64,000 nt of DNA from a virus. Location of the stretch: positions 1 through 64,000 of the IMG/VR virus record IMGVR_UViG_3300045135_002262, one strand, 5' to 3'. Each line of letters begins with the position of its first letter. Position 1 is the stretch's first letter. The notes under the pieces are model-generated. The model saw only the letters and a program-made list of their open reading frames with translations, did not search any database and was not told the DNA's origin. Below are positions 47,180-56,271 of this stretch, one piece after another. Both the position numbers and the translations under genes were made by a program.

Positions 47180-47553
47180 TATTTATTTTTAAAATATTTA
47201 ACTATTATATGTGCTGACTTATAATTTGTAGCCAACGGACAATCATGTACATCACAAACACGCATTAACATAGAAATATCTACATCATGGGCATGTTTGC
47301 CAAGAGGATCCCTGAAAAAGACAACGAAATCAATTTCATTACGAGTAACCATCGCTGCGATTTCGGCGTCGCCTCCCATCGGACCGCTAGCAACACACTC
47401 CACATTGCGAATCCCAGCATGCTGAACGTGGCTACCAGTAGTCCCGGTTGCAACGATAGTGATGCCATCGCGATTAAAAAAGTTGAGGCGCTTAGAAACG
47501 AAAGCCACCATATCTGCCTTCTTGTTATCATGTGCTATAAGTGCTATTTTCAT
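47179..47553 (-). CDS. mgsA: Methylglyoxal synthase
   Basis: IALIAHDNKK, ATGTTG, SGPMGGD, FFRDP, HDVD, LATN. Confidence 0.95.
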   Translation of the reverse strand: MKIALIAHDNKKADMVAFVSKRLNFFNRDGITIVATGTTGSHVQHAGIRNVECVASGPMGGDAEIAAMVTRNEIDFVVFFRDPLGKHAHDVDISMLMRVCDVHDCPLATNYKSAHIIVKYFKNK

Positions 47554-47981
47554 TAGTCTTCGAATACTTCAATAATTCTCTCCTGTTCTACAAGATCAGT
47601 CCATTTGTTAGTGTAACGTGTAGCTTTAACAATATGGTTATCGATCCAGTGATAATTACCGCCACGTGGTTTACCCATTAACAAACCGTGATATTTAAAA
47701 CCATGTCGGTTTAACCAAGCTTCTGTAACTTCTCTATGATCTTCAGTTCTTGATGTAAAGAAAGTAATAATATGACCTTCATCATACCATTTATTTAAGA
47801 TCTCTAAAGCATCTGGAAACGGGTGTACAACAGCCATTCTTTCTGGCTCTTCGTTTGGTACATCATCAGTAATTGTTCCGTCAATATCTATAAGATAATT
47901 CTTGCATCCTTCGTTTAAAACCGGAGAGACCAAGTGCCCGTCATCACCAACTTGTGAGTTTAATTTTAATTCTTTTTTCAT
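47553..47981 (-). CDS. HAD-superfamily phosphatase (capsule/LPS-associated type)
   Basis: IDIDGTI, FFTSR, MGKP, WIDN. Confidence 0.85.
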   Translation of the reverse strand: MKKELKLNSQVGDDGHLVSPVLNEGCKNYLIDIDGTITDDVPNEEPERMAVVHPFPDALEILNKWYDEGHIITFFTSRTEDHREVTEAWLNRHGFKYHGLLMGKPRGGNYHWIDNHIVKATRYTNKWTDLVEQERIIEVFED

Positions 47982-47982
47982 A

Positions 47983-48876
47983 CTATTTTTTATTTTTTAC
48001 AGATTCAATCCATTCGGCTAGGCGGTCTTGTGGGTTTAGGCCTAATCTTTCATTCGTATCTCCGTCAATCTGTGCAGAGTGCGTTCTTTCACCTTTACGC
48101 TCAGGTATAAATGTCCAGTCGCCAAACATTTCAGCAACTTCTATAATTGTTCTACTTACACCAGATCTTAAAAACCACTCACGCTCAATGCTATCGTGGT
48201 TATCTTCAATGGCTGTATATAAGTATTCGGTTGATTTAACAACACCTTCAATAATATCATCAACATGCGTGAAATCACGGCTTTGTGTACCTGGTGAAAC
48301 TACAGTACATGGTTCTCCTGCAAGATACTGCCTTTCGAAGATTCCAACAACTGTTGCATAGTCTCCTTTTGTGATTTGGTTTGGACCATACACATTAAAG
48401 AAGTAATTAATTTGGTATTCAAGTCCATACCATTCTCCATAATTTTTGATCAATTCGACCATTTTAGCTTTCATCCAGCTATAAGGTGCTAAGTTTTCAT
48501 CCTTACCATCGTTACCGAACTTTGAAGAACTTGCTGAATAAATTAATTTAGCACCCCAATGTCTACATAATTCTAAGATTTTAGGAGTACCGTATAAAAT
48601 CGAAGCTGTTGCTATTTGAATATCTTCAAACGACTGTACAATTCTTGAATATTCACCAAAGTGAAATACTGTATCAAAAGAATCATCGGCGAAGATATAA
48701 TCCGCATCAATCGTGTGTCCATGATAATATTCAACGCCAGGAACGTGATTATCCTCACTACCTGACATATAGTTATCCAATGAAACTATACGAGCTTCTG
48801 GATAATCGTTTTTAAGTCTTTTAATAAGATTAGAGCCTACAAATCCTGCTCCACCTGTAACTAAAATGTTTTTCAT
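47983..48876 (-). CDS. NAD-dependent nucleotide-sugar epimerase/dehydratase
   Basis: TGGAGFVG, YSASSS, YSWMK, FNVYGP, RDFTHVDD. Confidence 0.92.
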   Translation of the reverse strand: MKNILVTGGAGFVGSNLIKRLKNDYPEARIVSLDNYMSGSEDNHVPGVEYYHGHTIDADYIFADDSFDTVFHFGEYSRIVQSFEDIQIATASILYGTPKILELCRHWGAKLIYSASSSKFGNDGKDENLAPYSWMKAKMVELIKNYGEWYGLEYQINYFFNVYGPNQITKGDYATVVGIFERQYLAGEPCTVVSPGTQSRDFTHVDDIIEGVVKSTEYLYTAIEDNHDSIEREWFLRSGVSRTIIEVAEMFGDWTFIPERKGERTHSAQIDGDTNERLGLNPQDRLAEWIESVKNKK

Positions 48877-49706
48877 TTATTAGTCTTGTATAAGTATTCA
48901 CCTAATTCATCTCTATGCAATGGCACATTCCATTTTGGATCATACCAAAATCTGCGACCGTTGCTATCTATTCTATTATCCATTTCTGTTTTGTTTCCGT
49001 AACACAGCATGAATTTTTCTTGAAGAGCTTCTTCACCAAACGGATTATCCCAATCTCTAATACTTCCACCACCCTTTGCATAAGCTAATTTACAAACATC
49101 TTCACATAAGTGTAAGATCTTAGGGTATTTAGCTAATTGCATTCCAGCAGGTAGGAAAGGATCTACATCACCCGCTCTATAAATAATCTCAGCTCTTAAA
49201 TAATTACCAATACCATTAAAATATTTTTGGTTCATTAGAACCTCGTATAATGGTTTCTTAAATGCTGCCTTAGTAAGATTAGTCATTACATTTAAGAAGA
49301 ATTCACGTGGTTGCGTAACTGGATCTGGTCCACGGTTTTCACTCCACCAAACTCCTTGCTTCCATTTACCAAATCTACGAACATCTACAAAGCTTAAAGT
49401 AACACCATCATCTGTATAGAATTTAAGATGCGCATGTTTTGGTTCGTTACCAGTATTTGTTATCTTAAAATGGCCAGACATTCCCATAGTCATACGAATA
49501 GGAATGATCTGATCGCTGTCACGATCTAAAATTGCAAGAACTAATTCTTTACCACGTGCTTCGGCTCTAATCCTAAACTTTCTAAAAGGAATGTTTAATT
49601 CATCACCTTTATGTTCTGGATTCTTTTTAACAGCTACAAATTTTTCATTTTTAGCTACTTCGTTTACGTAATCTGCGGTTAGTTTAAGCTCTGCTAATTC
49701 TGGCAT
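48873..49706 (-). CDS. Fpg/Nei-family DNA glycosylase, NEIL1-like
   Basis: MPE, RGKE, FVDVRRFG, NQKYFNGIGNYLRAEI, zincless CY...DSNGRRFWY. Confidence 0.9.
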   Translation of the reverse strand: MPELAELKLTADYVNEVAKNEKFVAVKKNPEHKGDELNIPFRKFRIRAEARGKELVLAILDRDSDQIIPIRMTMGMSGHFKITNTGNEPKHAHLKFYTDDGVTLSFVDVRRFGKWKQGVWWSENRGPDPVTQPREFFLNVMTNLTKAAFKKPLYEVLMNQKYFNGIGNYLRAEIIYRAGDVDPFLPAGMQLAKYPKILHLCEDVCKLAYAKGGGSIRDWDNPFGEEALQEKFMLCYGNKTEMDNRIDSNGRRFWYDPKWNVPLHRDELGEYLYKTNK

Positions 49707-49903
49707 TATTTTCTATATTTGTTATATGTTAGTTTTGGAGTTACGATCCAAAGTGCAAGATAAGCTAATAATCCCCAACCACATATAAATGCGATTAAGA
49801 ATCCTGCTCTAATTAAAGCAACATCGACGCTAAAGTGATATGCCAGTCCGGCACAAACGCCAGCGATCCTGCCCGTTCTTTTATTTCTGTATAATTTACC
49901 CAT
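49706..49903 (-). CDS. PspC-domain protein
   Basis: KLYR.....IAGVCAGLA..F..D..LIR..YL.LWI.TP. Confidence 0.9.
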   Translation of the reverse strand: MGKLYRNKRTGRIAGVCAGLAYHFSVDVALIRAGFLIAFICGWGLLAYLALWIVTPKLTYNKYRK

Positions 49904-50070
49904 AATTAAAATTGAATTGCTATTCCCCAGGCTCCCCATGCAAAAATAATCTCATAGCTACCATTTAATGTACGGTCGAATGTGACCTTAACTGTAGGAA
50001 TAATTAAAAATTGTCCGATTTGTGTGTACCAATCTATTTTCATAATGTCTTATTAATTATACAAAAAGTA

Positions 50071-50988
50071 CTAGTTTTGTTTCATTAAAAAGACTTTATC
50101 ATAGGAGCCATCACTATATCTAATTAAATATAATCTATTGGCCGGCAGCATTTCTATATCTTTTTGAATATAACGACCTTGCCAATCCCATATACCTAAG
50201 ACTTCTTTTTCAATCTCATTCTCTTCAATTCCAACAGTTGAACTACGCACAATAAAGGTCCATTGAATTCTTTGTGTTGTCATTAAATAACCGTTACGAT
50301 ACTTATCAATTTGGAAGCCGTAACCGTGAGACCCTAGGTTTGTTCCAACAAATGTGATTGAATCATTATCCGCTAAAACATTATTTGAGCTTTGTACTTG
50401 AGGTACAAAGACGCCATTTGAATATGATGAGTAAATATCGGTTAAATGCAAGTTAACTGAATCGCCATCCGGGTTTGTAAAATGGCAATTATAAATGCCC
50501 CAAACTGGTTTCATTGAATTAACAGCGTTTGACTGTACATTTACCCAAAGCGGTTGCTCCATAAATGGCGTTGTGTTATTTGGAACGTGCCAATAATCTG
50601 CTGAAATAACCACATCTGAGCTTGTTGAATTAGATGAGTTATTTAGGATTGGCCAACAGCAGTTTGTATAAATAAAACGATACTTGTTTGAATCAAGGTT
50701 TAGATAGTCACTTACATACATCGCTGTATTGAAGCCCTGGTGTGTACCTGTTGTAATCTTATCAAGAGTTACATAACCATCTAATTCATACCAGCCCTGT
50801 GAGTTCATGGCCCATTTCTGTACTGATACGTTCGTTGGCATTGTTGGGAACTGGTCAGAAACTACATACAGCCCAATTGAAGTTGAATCAGGACTGGTTT
50901 GTGCTACTTGAATAATCCCTCCAAGAATATGAGATGCTTGGAGTGTAAATGTACTAATTAAAGCACAAAGTAATAATAGTTTTTTCAT
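50071..50988 (-). CDS. Secreted protein with T9SS-type C-terminal domain
   Basis: Signal peptide then ASHILGG, YTNCCW; C-terminus VGIEE..IWDWQGR..LYLIRYSDGS..KVFL. Confidence 0.72.
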   Translation of the reverse strand: MKKLLLLCALISTFTLQASHILGGIIQVAQTSPDSTSIGLYVVSDQFPTMPTNVSVQKWAMNSQGWYELDGYVTLDKITTGTHQGFNTAMYVSDYLNLDSNKYRFIYTNCCWPILNNSSNSTSSDVVISADYWHVPNNTTPFMEQPLWVNVQSNAVNSMKPVWGIYNCHFTNPDGDSVNLHLTDIYSSYSNGVFVPQVQSSNNVLADNDSITFVGTNLGSHGYGFQIDKYRNGYLMTTQRIQWTFIVRSSTVGIEENEIEKEVLGIWDWQGRYIQKDIEMLPANRLYLIRYSDGSYDKVFLMKQN

Positions 50989-51100
50989 TATGAAAATATA
51001 ATTAAAGCGCTCGCGATTACAAGCGATGGTAAGATCATTACTAAAAATCCAGCTGCAAACTGCAATGGATTTGGATATTCATTGTATTCTTTTAACTTTT

Positions 51101-51484
51101 TCATTTGAATTTGTCTTTAACGCGTTGGGCGATTGGAATAGGATCTCCATTCTCATCAATACGTACGAATTTAATATTAGTTGATAAAATTACTGTTTGA
51201 CTGCCTGAATATACGTTATGTGCCCTGGCTTCAAGATACATGGTAATTGATGTTGTTCCTATGTCTTTAACCTTACCGTACATTTTAAGTAACTGACCTT
51301 CTTTAGCCGGTTTCTTAAAGATACATTCATCAATCTTAACCGTAACCATTCTTGGTGTATCACATACTTCCATAGCATATGCTGCCGCTGCAGCATCTAA
51401 CCATGCAAGAAGTTTACCACCGAAAAGATTGGCATGAAACCCTAAATCACTTTTCTTGATCGGGTGTGTTGTAATAAGTTGCAT
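51101..51484 (-). CDS. Hotdog-fold acyl-CoA thioesterase
   Basis: NLFGGKLLAWLD, VTV, FKKP, GTTSI, FVRIDENG.P. Confidence 0.9.
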   Translation of the reverse strand: MQLITTHPIKKSDLGFHANLFGGKLLAWLDAAAAAYAMEVCDTPRMVTVKIDECIFKKPAKEGQLLKMYGKVKDIGTTSITMYLEARAHNVYSGSQTVILSTNIKFVRIDENGDPIPIAQRVKDKFK

Positions 51485-52197
51485 TATAATCTTTTTCCTT
51501 GTAAATCAGCGTTATAGTTATCTTTCATATACTGTTCCGCTTCAACTCTCCAAGCAGCTTGTTGTGATTGTTGATTATGTGTAATTGTTGGGTTGTAATA
51601 GATCTTTTGATTTTTATCCCAGTAATAATTACCATCAGTTCTTTGATGTTCGTTTGGTGTAATATAAGGGATTTCAAAAGTTTCAAACTCTATGTTCGCC
51701 CAAGTCTTAAAAGCAGCCCACTCACGAGGATCCATATGTAAACCTTGTTCGTCGGCTCTTGGATTATTAAACACAGACATTACACCATTAGGTTTAAGTA
51801 ACCACTGTGCTTGAATATAGAAAGGTGTAAGATCTTCATCCCATGTATCAATATAGATACCATCAAATTTCGGCAGATAATTAATTACTTCTTGCCAAGG
51901 CTTAAAGATACATTTAGCCTTTTCAAGCCAACCGGTTTCCATCATGTGTTTTTGCACATCCGGATGTGGTTCAATAATCCAATGCTCTGTAATATTATCA
52001 TGTTCTTGAATATAAGAATCAATAATACCCATACCATGGCCAATGTTAAGCACTCTACCACCTCGTTGGCAGACTGTTGCTGCTTGACGTCGCATGATTT
52101 CACGTTCCCATTCCATCATGACAGCATTACCATTTTCGTCTAAAAGTGTGTCGTTTGTGTAAGTTAATTTTTGTTCGAAATAAGGTTTATTTACCAT
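51484..52197 (-). CDS. SAM methyltransferase, Rmt2/GAMT-like
   Basis: VMMEWE..IM, VLNIGHGMGIID, HWIIEPHPDV, FDGIYIDT, LLKPNG. Confidence 0.85.
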   Translation of the reverse strand: MVNKPYFEQKLTYTNDTLLDENGNAVMMEWEREIMRRQAATVCQRGGRVLNIGHGMGIIDSYIQEHDNITEHWIIEPHPDVQKHMMETGWLEKAKCIFKPWQEVINYLPKFDGIYIDTWDEDLTPFYIQAQWLLKPNGVMSVFNNPRADEQGLHMDPREWAAFKTWANIEFETFEIPYITPNEHQRTDGNYYWDKNQKIYYNPTITHNQQSQQAAWRVEAEQYMKDNYNADLQGKRL

Positions 52198-52290
52198 TTT
52201 TATCTTCTTTACGCATTTTATAAATTAAATATCCATTCCATAGAATAACTATAGACCAAACGATTATATTTTCCCAAACGGTCATGGCAT

Positions 52291-52674
52291 TCATTGCTGA
52301 TTCACATTTCGCATTCTAAACCAGGATTTAATCCACAATGTTAAACCTGTAATTAATACAATACCGCTTACGAAAAATACGCCGTTAAAACTGTTCCATG
52401 GTGATAATTCATAGGTTAACAAAGTCCAACCCAGAACATATCCAAACCATAAAACAACCCAGACTAAATCTGGAATTCGTTTTGCTCGTTTCTCAACCTC
52501 AACTACTTTTTTATCATGTACTACACGACTTAAAGCATCTTGTAAATCCTTGCCATAAGCCGGGATTTTTTCAGTACTACCGTCTTCGTTTAATAACTCT
52601 ACCTCGTATTTTAACCAGTCCGGAAATGTTTGACTGTCTTTACGATAGGTAGCGTTAATTACCTTCTGTTTCAT
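52291..52674 (-). CDS. Membrane protein
   Basis: IPAYGKDLQDALSR plus two TM helices. Confidence 0.65.
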   Translation of the reverse strand: MKQKVINATYRKDSQTFPDWLKYEVELLNEDGSTEKIPAYGKDLQDALSRVVHDKKVVEVEKRAKRIPDLVWVVLWFGYVLGWTLLTYELSPWNSFNGVFFVSGIVLITGLTLWIKSWFRMRNVNQQ

Positions 52675-52891
52675 CGTTTCGGTTATTCATTTTAGAGTAG
52701 CCGTCAAAAATGTACGCACCTACTAGCCAGAATACGATCATAAATGCAGTGCCATACAAATCACCTTCGCTACCTAATAAGAAGCCAAGTACATACGTGC
52801 CTAAAGCTAACCATGATACTGGTCCCATCCAAGGAATGTATTTAGCAACTGTTGCACTAATTACACCCCAAATCCTTTTCATTAAATCCAT
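52655..52891 (-). CDS. Small membrane protein
   Basis: Two TM helices. Confidence 0.55.
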   Translation of the reverse strand: MDLMKRIWGVISATVAKYIPWMGPVSWLALGTYVLGFLLGSEGDLYGTAFMIVFWLVGAYIFDGYSKMNNRNDETEGN

Positions 52892-52910
52892 AATATCTTT
52901 TATATTTTTT

Positions 52911-53816
52911 TTAAACCATATCGATCCACTTTGGATCTTGGTATACTTTTATATTGCGGACTAGCATAAAAGTTTCAGCTGGTTCAAAACCAAGATCTTT
53001 TGGATTTTCACAACCGTTATTTAAGATAATGTATTGCGGCGCCCTGTTTTGTTCAATGGCCTTTTTATTGGTAAACTCTTGTACTAAATAGCCATCATAG
53101 TAGAACTTAATAAAATCTGGCGTCCAATGCACTGCATATTTAATCCATCTATCAGGAGCGTTTTTCAACGGGATTAATGGTTGACCCATGTCGCGCTTGC
53201 CTTCTGTCCAATGATTACCAGTGCCAAAGTGCACATTCGGCTTGGCCCATAGCTTTTCGCCCGGTCTGTGATACGTTTCAAATACATCTATTTCCGGCGG
53301 CCAGCTTTCTGAGCCACTTAACCAAAAGGCTGCCCATTGGCCTTTACCATTAGGGATTTTTACCTCTGCTTCAAACCAACCATATTGATAGGACTTTTTT
53401 GTACTGATGCAGCCCATTGCATAATCCGCTGTCCATTGATCGAGCTTCGCGCCGGCCTGTTGCCATTTAGGCAGTTCTGATTTGTTGAAAGTTCTTGGGA
53501 AGTTTCTCAGTTCTAATGCTAAACCATCCGGCGTTGGATATAAGACTCGGTATTTCGTCAACTCAGACTGATGTGGCCACCATTTCCACTGCCAATCTGG
53601 GTGTACGTTTCTTCCCCAAGGGTGGCCGGTGCGCCAAGTTTCCCAGTCTAATTTTTCAAACCGGTCCTCGAAGACTTTATGATAATCCGCCGGGGCATGA
53701 TACGGTCCACTCTGGGGTGTTGTGTTTCTCTGGGCGCGCTGCCAGGCTGTAAGTTGGGCCCATAAGTTCTTGATATTTTCAAGTAAGGGGCGCTGTAAAT
53801 AATGTTTGAGTACCAT
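52911..53816 (-). CDS. Glycoside hydrolase family 16
   Basis: YGWFEA, WAAFWL, WPPEIDVFE, YAVHWTPD.I.FYYDG. Confidence 0.9.
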   Translation of the reverse strand: MVLKHYLQRPLLENIKNLWAQLTAWQRAQRNTTPQSGPYHAPADYHKVFEDRFEKLDWETWRTGHPWGRNVHPDWQWKWWPHQSELTKYRVLYPTPDGLALELRNFPRTFNKSELPKWQQAGAKLDQWTADYAMGCISTKKSYQYGWFEAEVKIPNGKGQWAAFWLSGSESWPPEIDVFETYHRPGEKLWAKPNVHFGTGNHWTEGKRDMGQPLIPLKNAPDRWIKYAVHWTPDFIKFYYDGYLVQEFTNKKAIEQNRAPQYIILNNGCENPKDLGFEPAETFMLVRNIKVYQDPKWIDMV

Positions 53817-53874
53817 AAAAATAAAACGTCCTATAAAAATTTCCTTGTAGTGTGTGAGTATCGGAGACTGTAAA

Positions 53875-54123
53875 TTATTTATCGAGCAAATACCTTTGTT
53901 CGACTTCTGTCCATTTGTGATGTGGACACGCGTTTAATCTAGGTGAGTAAATCTTCTTTTGTAACGGACAACCACAAGCTCCGCAATGATCAAAGGGCAC
54001 TGATTTTTTAAATTCGCAAGTGTTGCAAATTTCTGCGCGAGCTTTAGCTAGTTCAGCCTGTTGGTGGTCTGGGTTAAACGAAGTTTGCCAGGACTTAAAT
54101 ATTTCAGATGCTTTTCTAATCAT
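53875..54123 (-). CDS. Cys-rich small protein
   Basis: R..IC..C...C..CGC...K......CP..KW. Confidence 0.7.
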   Translation of the reverse strand: MIRKASEIFKSWQTSFNPDHQQAELAKARAEICNTCEFKKSVPFDHCGACGCPLQKKIYSPRLNACPHHKWTEVEQRYLLDK

Positions 54124-54325
54124 TCTTAGGGGTTGCTCCGTAAGTCTTAAATAAGATAGAAGCTAAAACATTAATTCCAAGCGCTTGCCAAAATGTAATG
54201 TAATTTACACCATCAATAGCCGGCACTAATGAAAGGTTCCAAAGCAGCTGAACTGGCCAAGCCAAAATAATTACTGCGAGCATTGTCACTGCGATTGCTG
54301 CTAAAACTGTGTTTAATTTTTCCAT
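54116..54325 (-). CDS. Small membrane protein
   Basis: LWN..P.....ITFWQALG; class I promoter at 54348-54379. Confidence 0.65.
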   Translation of the reverse strand: MEKLNTVLAAIAVTMLAVIILAWPVQLLWNLSLVPAIDGVNYITFWQALGINVLASILFKTYGATPKND

Positions 54326-54385
54326 GTGTTTATTTTTTGATTGTATACTAATATACAAAATTCCGGTGATATAAAAAAATCTAAA

Positions 54386-54598
54386 CTAAAATATTTTATT
54401 AAAAATAATTCCAATTGCGTCCATGGTTGCCCCAAATATTATTGTAAACAAATAAATGAATGTCCATGTTAATAGAAATTTAATACCTTCTGGTAAATAA
54501 ACTTCAATACGGTCTGGTTGCTTAGACTTTTTATATAACCTATACATCCTTGCAATAATAGCGTATGCAAAGCTTATCTTTAGGACGAATGCATCCAT
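54386..54598 (-). CDS. Small membrane protein
   Basis: Coupled to rmlC. Confidence 0.5.
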   Translation of the reverse strand: MDAFVLKISFAYAIIARMYRLYKKSKQPDRIEVYLPEGIKFLLTWTFIYLFTIIFGATMDAIGIIFNKIF

Positions 54599-55161
54599 TA
54601 AAGAGCCGAATGGTATTCACGTGCATACTCTACTAAATACATGCCTTGTTGATCTTTCTCTGAGATCTCAAGTTCGTCTGCTGGAATTGGAATCTTAAGA
54701 TTAAGATCTTTATCGTCCCAACGAATAGAAACCTGGTGATTTGGTGCATAAACCTCAGTGCACTTATAACAAAAGATAGTATCATCTTCAAGTGCAACAA
54801 ATGCATGGCCAAAACCTGCAGGAACCCAAAACTGATTACCCTTCTCTGCTGAAAGCTCAATGCTTTCCCATTGTCCGAACGTTGGTGAATTTGGTCTTAA
54901 ATCTACAGCAAAATCAATTACACTGCCCTTTGCAACTCTAACTAATTTACCTTGAGCCCATGGATCTTGTTGTAAATGAATCCCTCTAAAAGATCCTCTT
55001 TTTGAAATGCTTTGATTATCTTGTTTAAAATGTTCTGTAAATCCAAGATCTCTTAGTGTATCTTCGTTAAATGTTTCGATAAATTGACCGCGACTATCTT
55101 TAAATACTCTTGGCTGAAATTCAATTAACCCTTCAATCTTAAAATTCTTGTTTATTTCCAT
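54598..55161 (-). CDS. rmlC: dTDP-4-dehydrorhamnose 3,5-epimerase
   Basis: DSRG.F.E, QDNQS.S, RGIHLQ, QGKLVRV, DLRPNSPTFG, GFGHAF, YK. Confidence 0.93.
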   Translation of the reverse strand: MEINKNFKIEGLIEFQPRVFKDSRGQFIETFNEDTLRDLGFTEHFKQDNQSISKRGSFRGIHLQQDPWAQGKLVRVAKGSVIDFAVDLRPNSPTFGQWESIELSAEKGNQFWVPAGFGHAFVALEDDTIFCYKCTEVYAPNHQVSIRWDDKDLNLKIPIPADELEISEKDQQGMYLVEYAREYHSAL

Positions 55162-55167
55162 GTTTAA

Positions 55168-55764
55168 TTATTTAATTCTATAATCTTCAAAATCAGCTCG
55201 ACGATCTACAAACCCATTATTTGGAAAGTAATATACTAATTCTACAAGTTGATTATTATCTACTAACTTTATTGTTTTTGTAAAGCCGGACGGGATCATT
55301 GCACCACCTGACACTCTTTGACTATTATCGAAATGCACCCTAATTTGAACAGTAACGCTTCCATACTGTGATGCTAATTGTCTTTCCTTAGCTTCTAAAT
55401 ACTTCCAAGAACCTCTATTTAAATCCTCATGTTGTAGTGCACAATTTAAATAAGAGAATGTAGCTTTAAGCTCTTCGTAATCACAACTAAATGCAGCAGC
55501 AGGAGCTAAATGCCCCTTATCCCATACATTTTTATAATAGTCTTCATTACTAGATGTTTTAATACCTTGAACTTTATAAAAATCTAAACCTGATCTTGAA
55601 TGTTGGCCATCCCAACAATCAACAACATAAGTTAAAATTACAGGCTGTTCATAATCTTGTGAATAATAAACTTCAAAGATTGGTGTTCTGACTTTAGTTA
55701 ATTCACCTTGTGAAAACGCTGTAAAGCTTAAAAGAAGTGCTAATAATAAGTAAAATTTTCTCAC
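55168..55764 (-). CDS. Secreted DNA/RNA non-specific endonuclease (NucA/EndA-type)
   Basis: Signal peptide; DKGHLAPA, TF.YLN..LQ...LNRG.W..LE. Confidence 0.9.
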   Translation of the reverse strand: MRKFYLLLALLLSFTAFSQGELTKVRTPIFEVYYSQDYEQPVILTYVVDCWDGQHSRSGLDFYKVQGIKTSSNEDYYKNVWDKGHLAPAAAFSCDYEELKATFSYLNCALQHEDLNRGSWKYLEAKERQLASQYGSVTVQIRVHFDNSQRVSGGAMIPSGFTKTIKLVDNNQLVELVYYFPNNGFVDRRADFEDYRIK

Positions 55765-55852
55765 TATTATTTAGTTTGTGTATAAACGTAGTTAATAATA
55801 TTGTTAGACGTACTTGTAGTTACCCAGCCGATTGGCTTTACTTGAATTGGAC

Positions 55853-56224
55853 TCATGATTTAAGTCTATTTAAATCGTTAATTGTATTCTCAATAAGCAC
55901 TGCCAATTCAGCAACTCTAGTCTCAACCACGTCAACCGCTCCAGCCACTCGATCTAAATCTTCAACATGTTTATTAAGACTATTTTCAAGACGAGCTATA
56001 CGCGCCTCTAATTCATCATTTGAGTTATTCTGCATATTAGATATAATAGCATCAATATCCTTTCTTGTATTTTGATGTAGTCTGCCCTGTGCAATGATTT
56101 GTTTGTGTAAATCATCAACACTCTCTTCATAGTTATCTAGGCCTTTGTATAATCGTTTTATATTAACTCCTTCAATAATTAATAGAGCGAACAAAACAAT
56201 AATAAGTAGAGTTGTAATAATCAT
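55853..56224 (-). CDS. Membrane-anchored coiled-coil protein
   Basis: N-terminal TM helix; class II promoter at 56242-56270. Confidence 0.65.
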   Translation of the reverse strand: MIITTLLIIVLFALLIIEGVNIKRLYKGLDNYEESVDDLHKQIIAQGRLHQNTRKDIDAIISNMQNNSNDELEARIARLENSLNKHVEDLDRVAGAVDVVETRVAELAVLIENTINDLNRLKS

Positions 56225-56271
56225 ATAATTCGTGTTTAAAAATTATATAAAGTAATTTATAAAAGTTTCAG

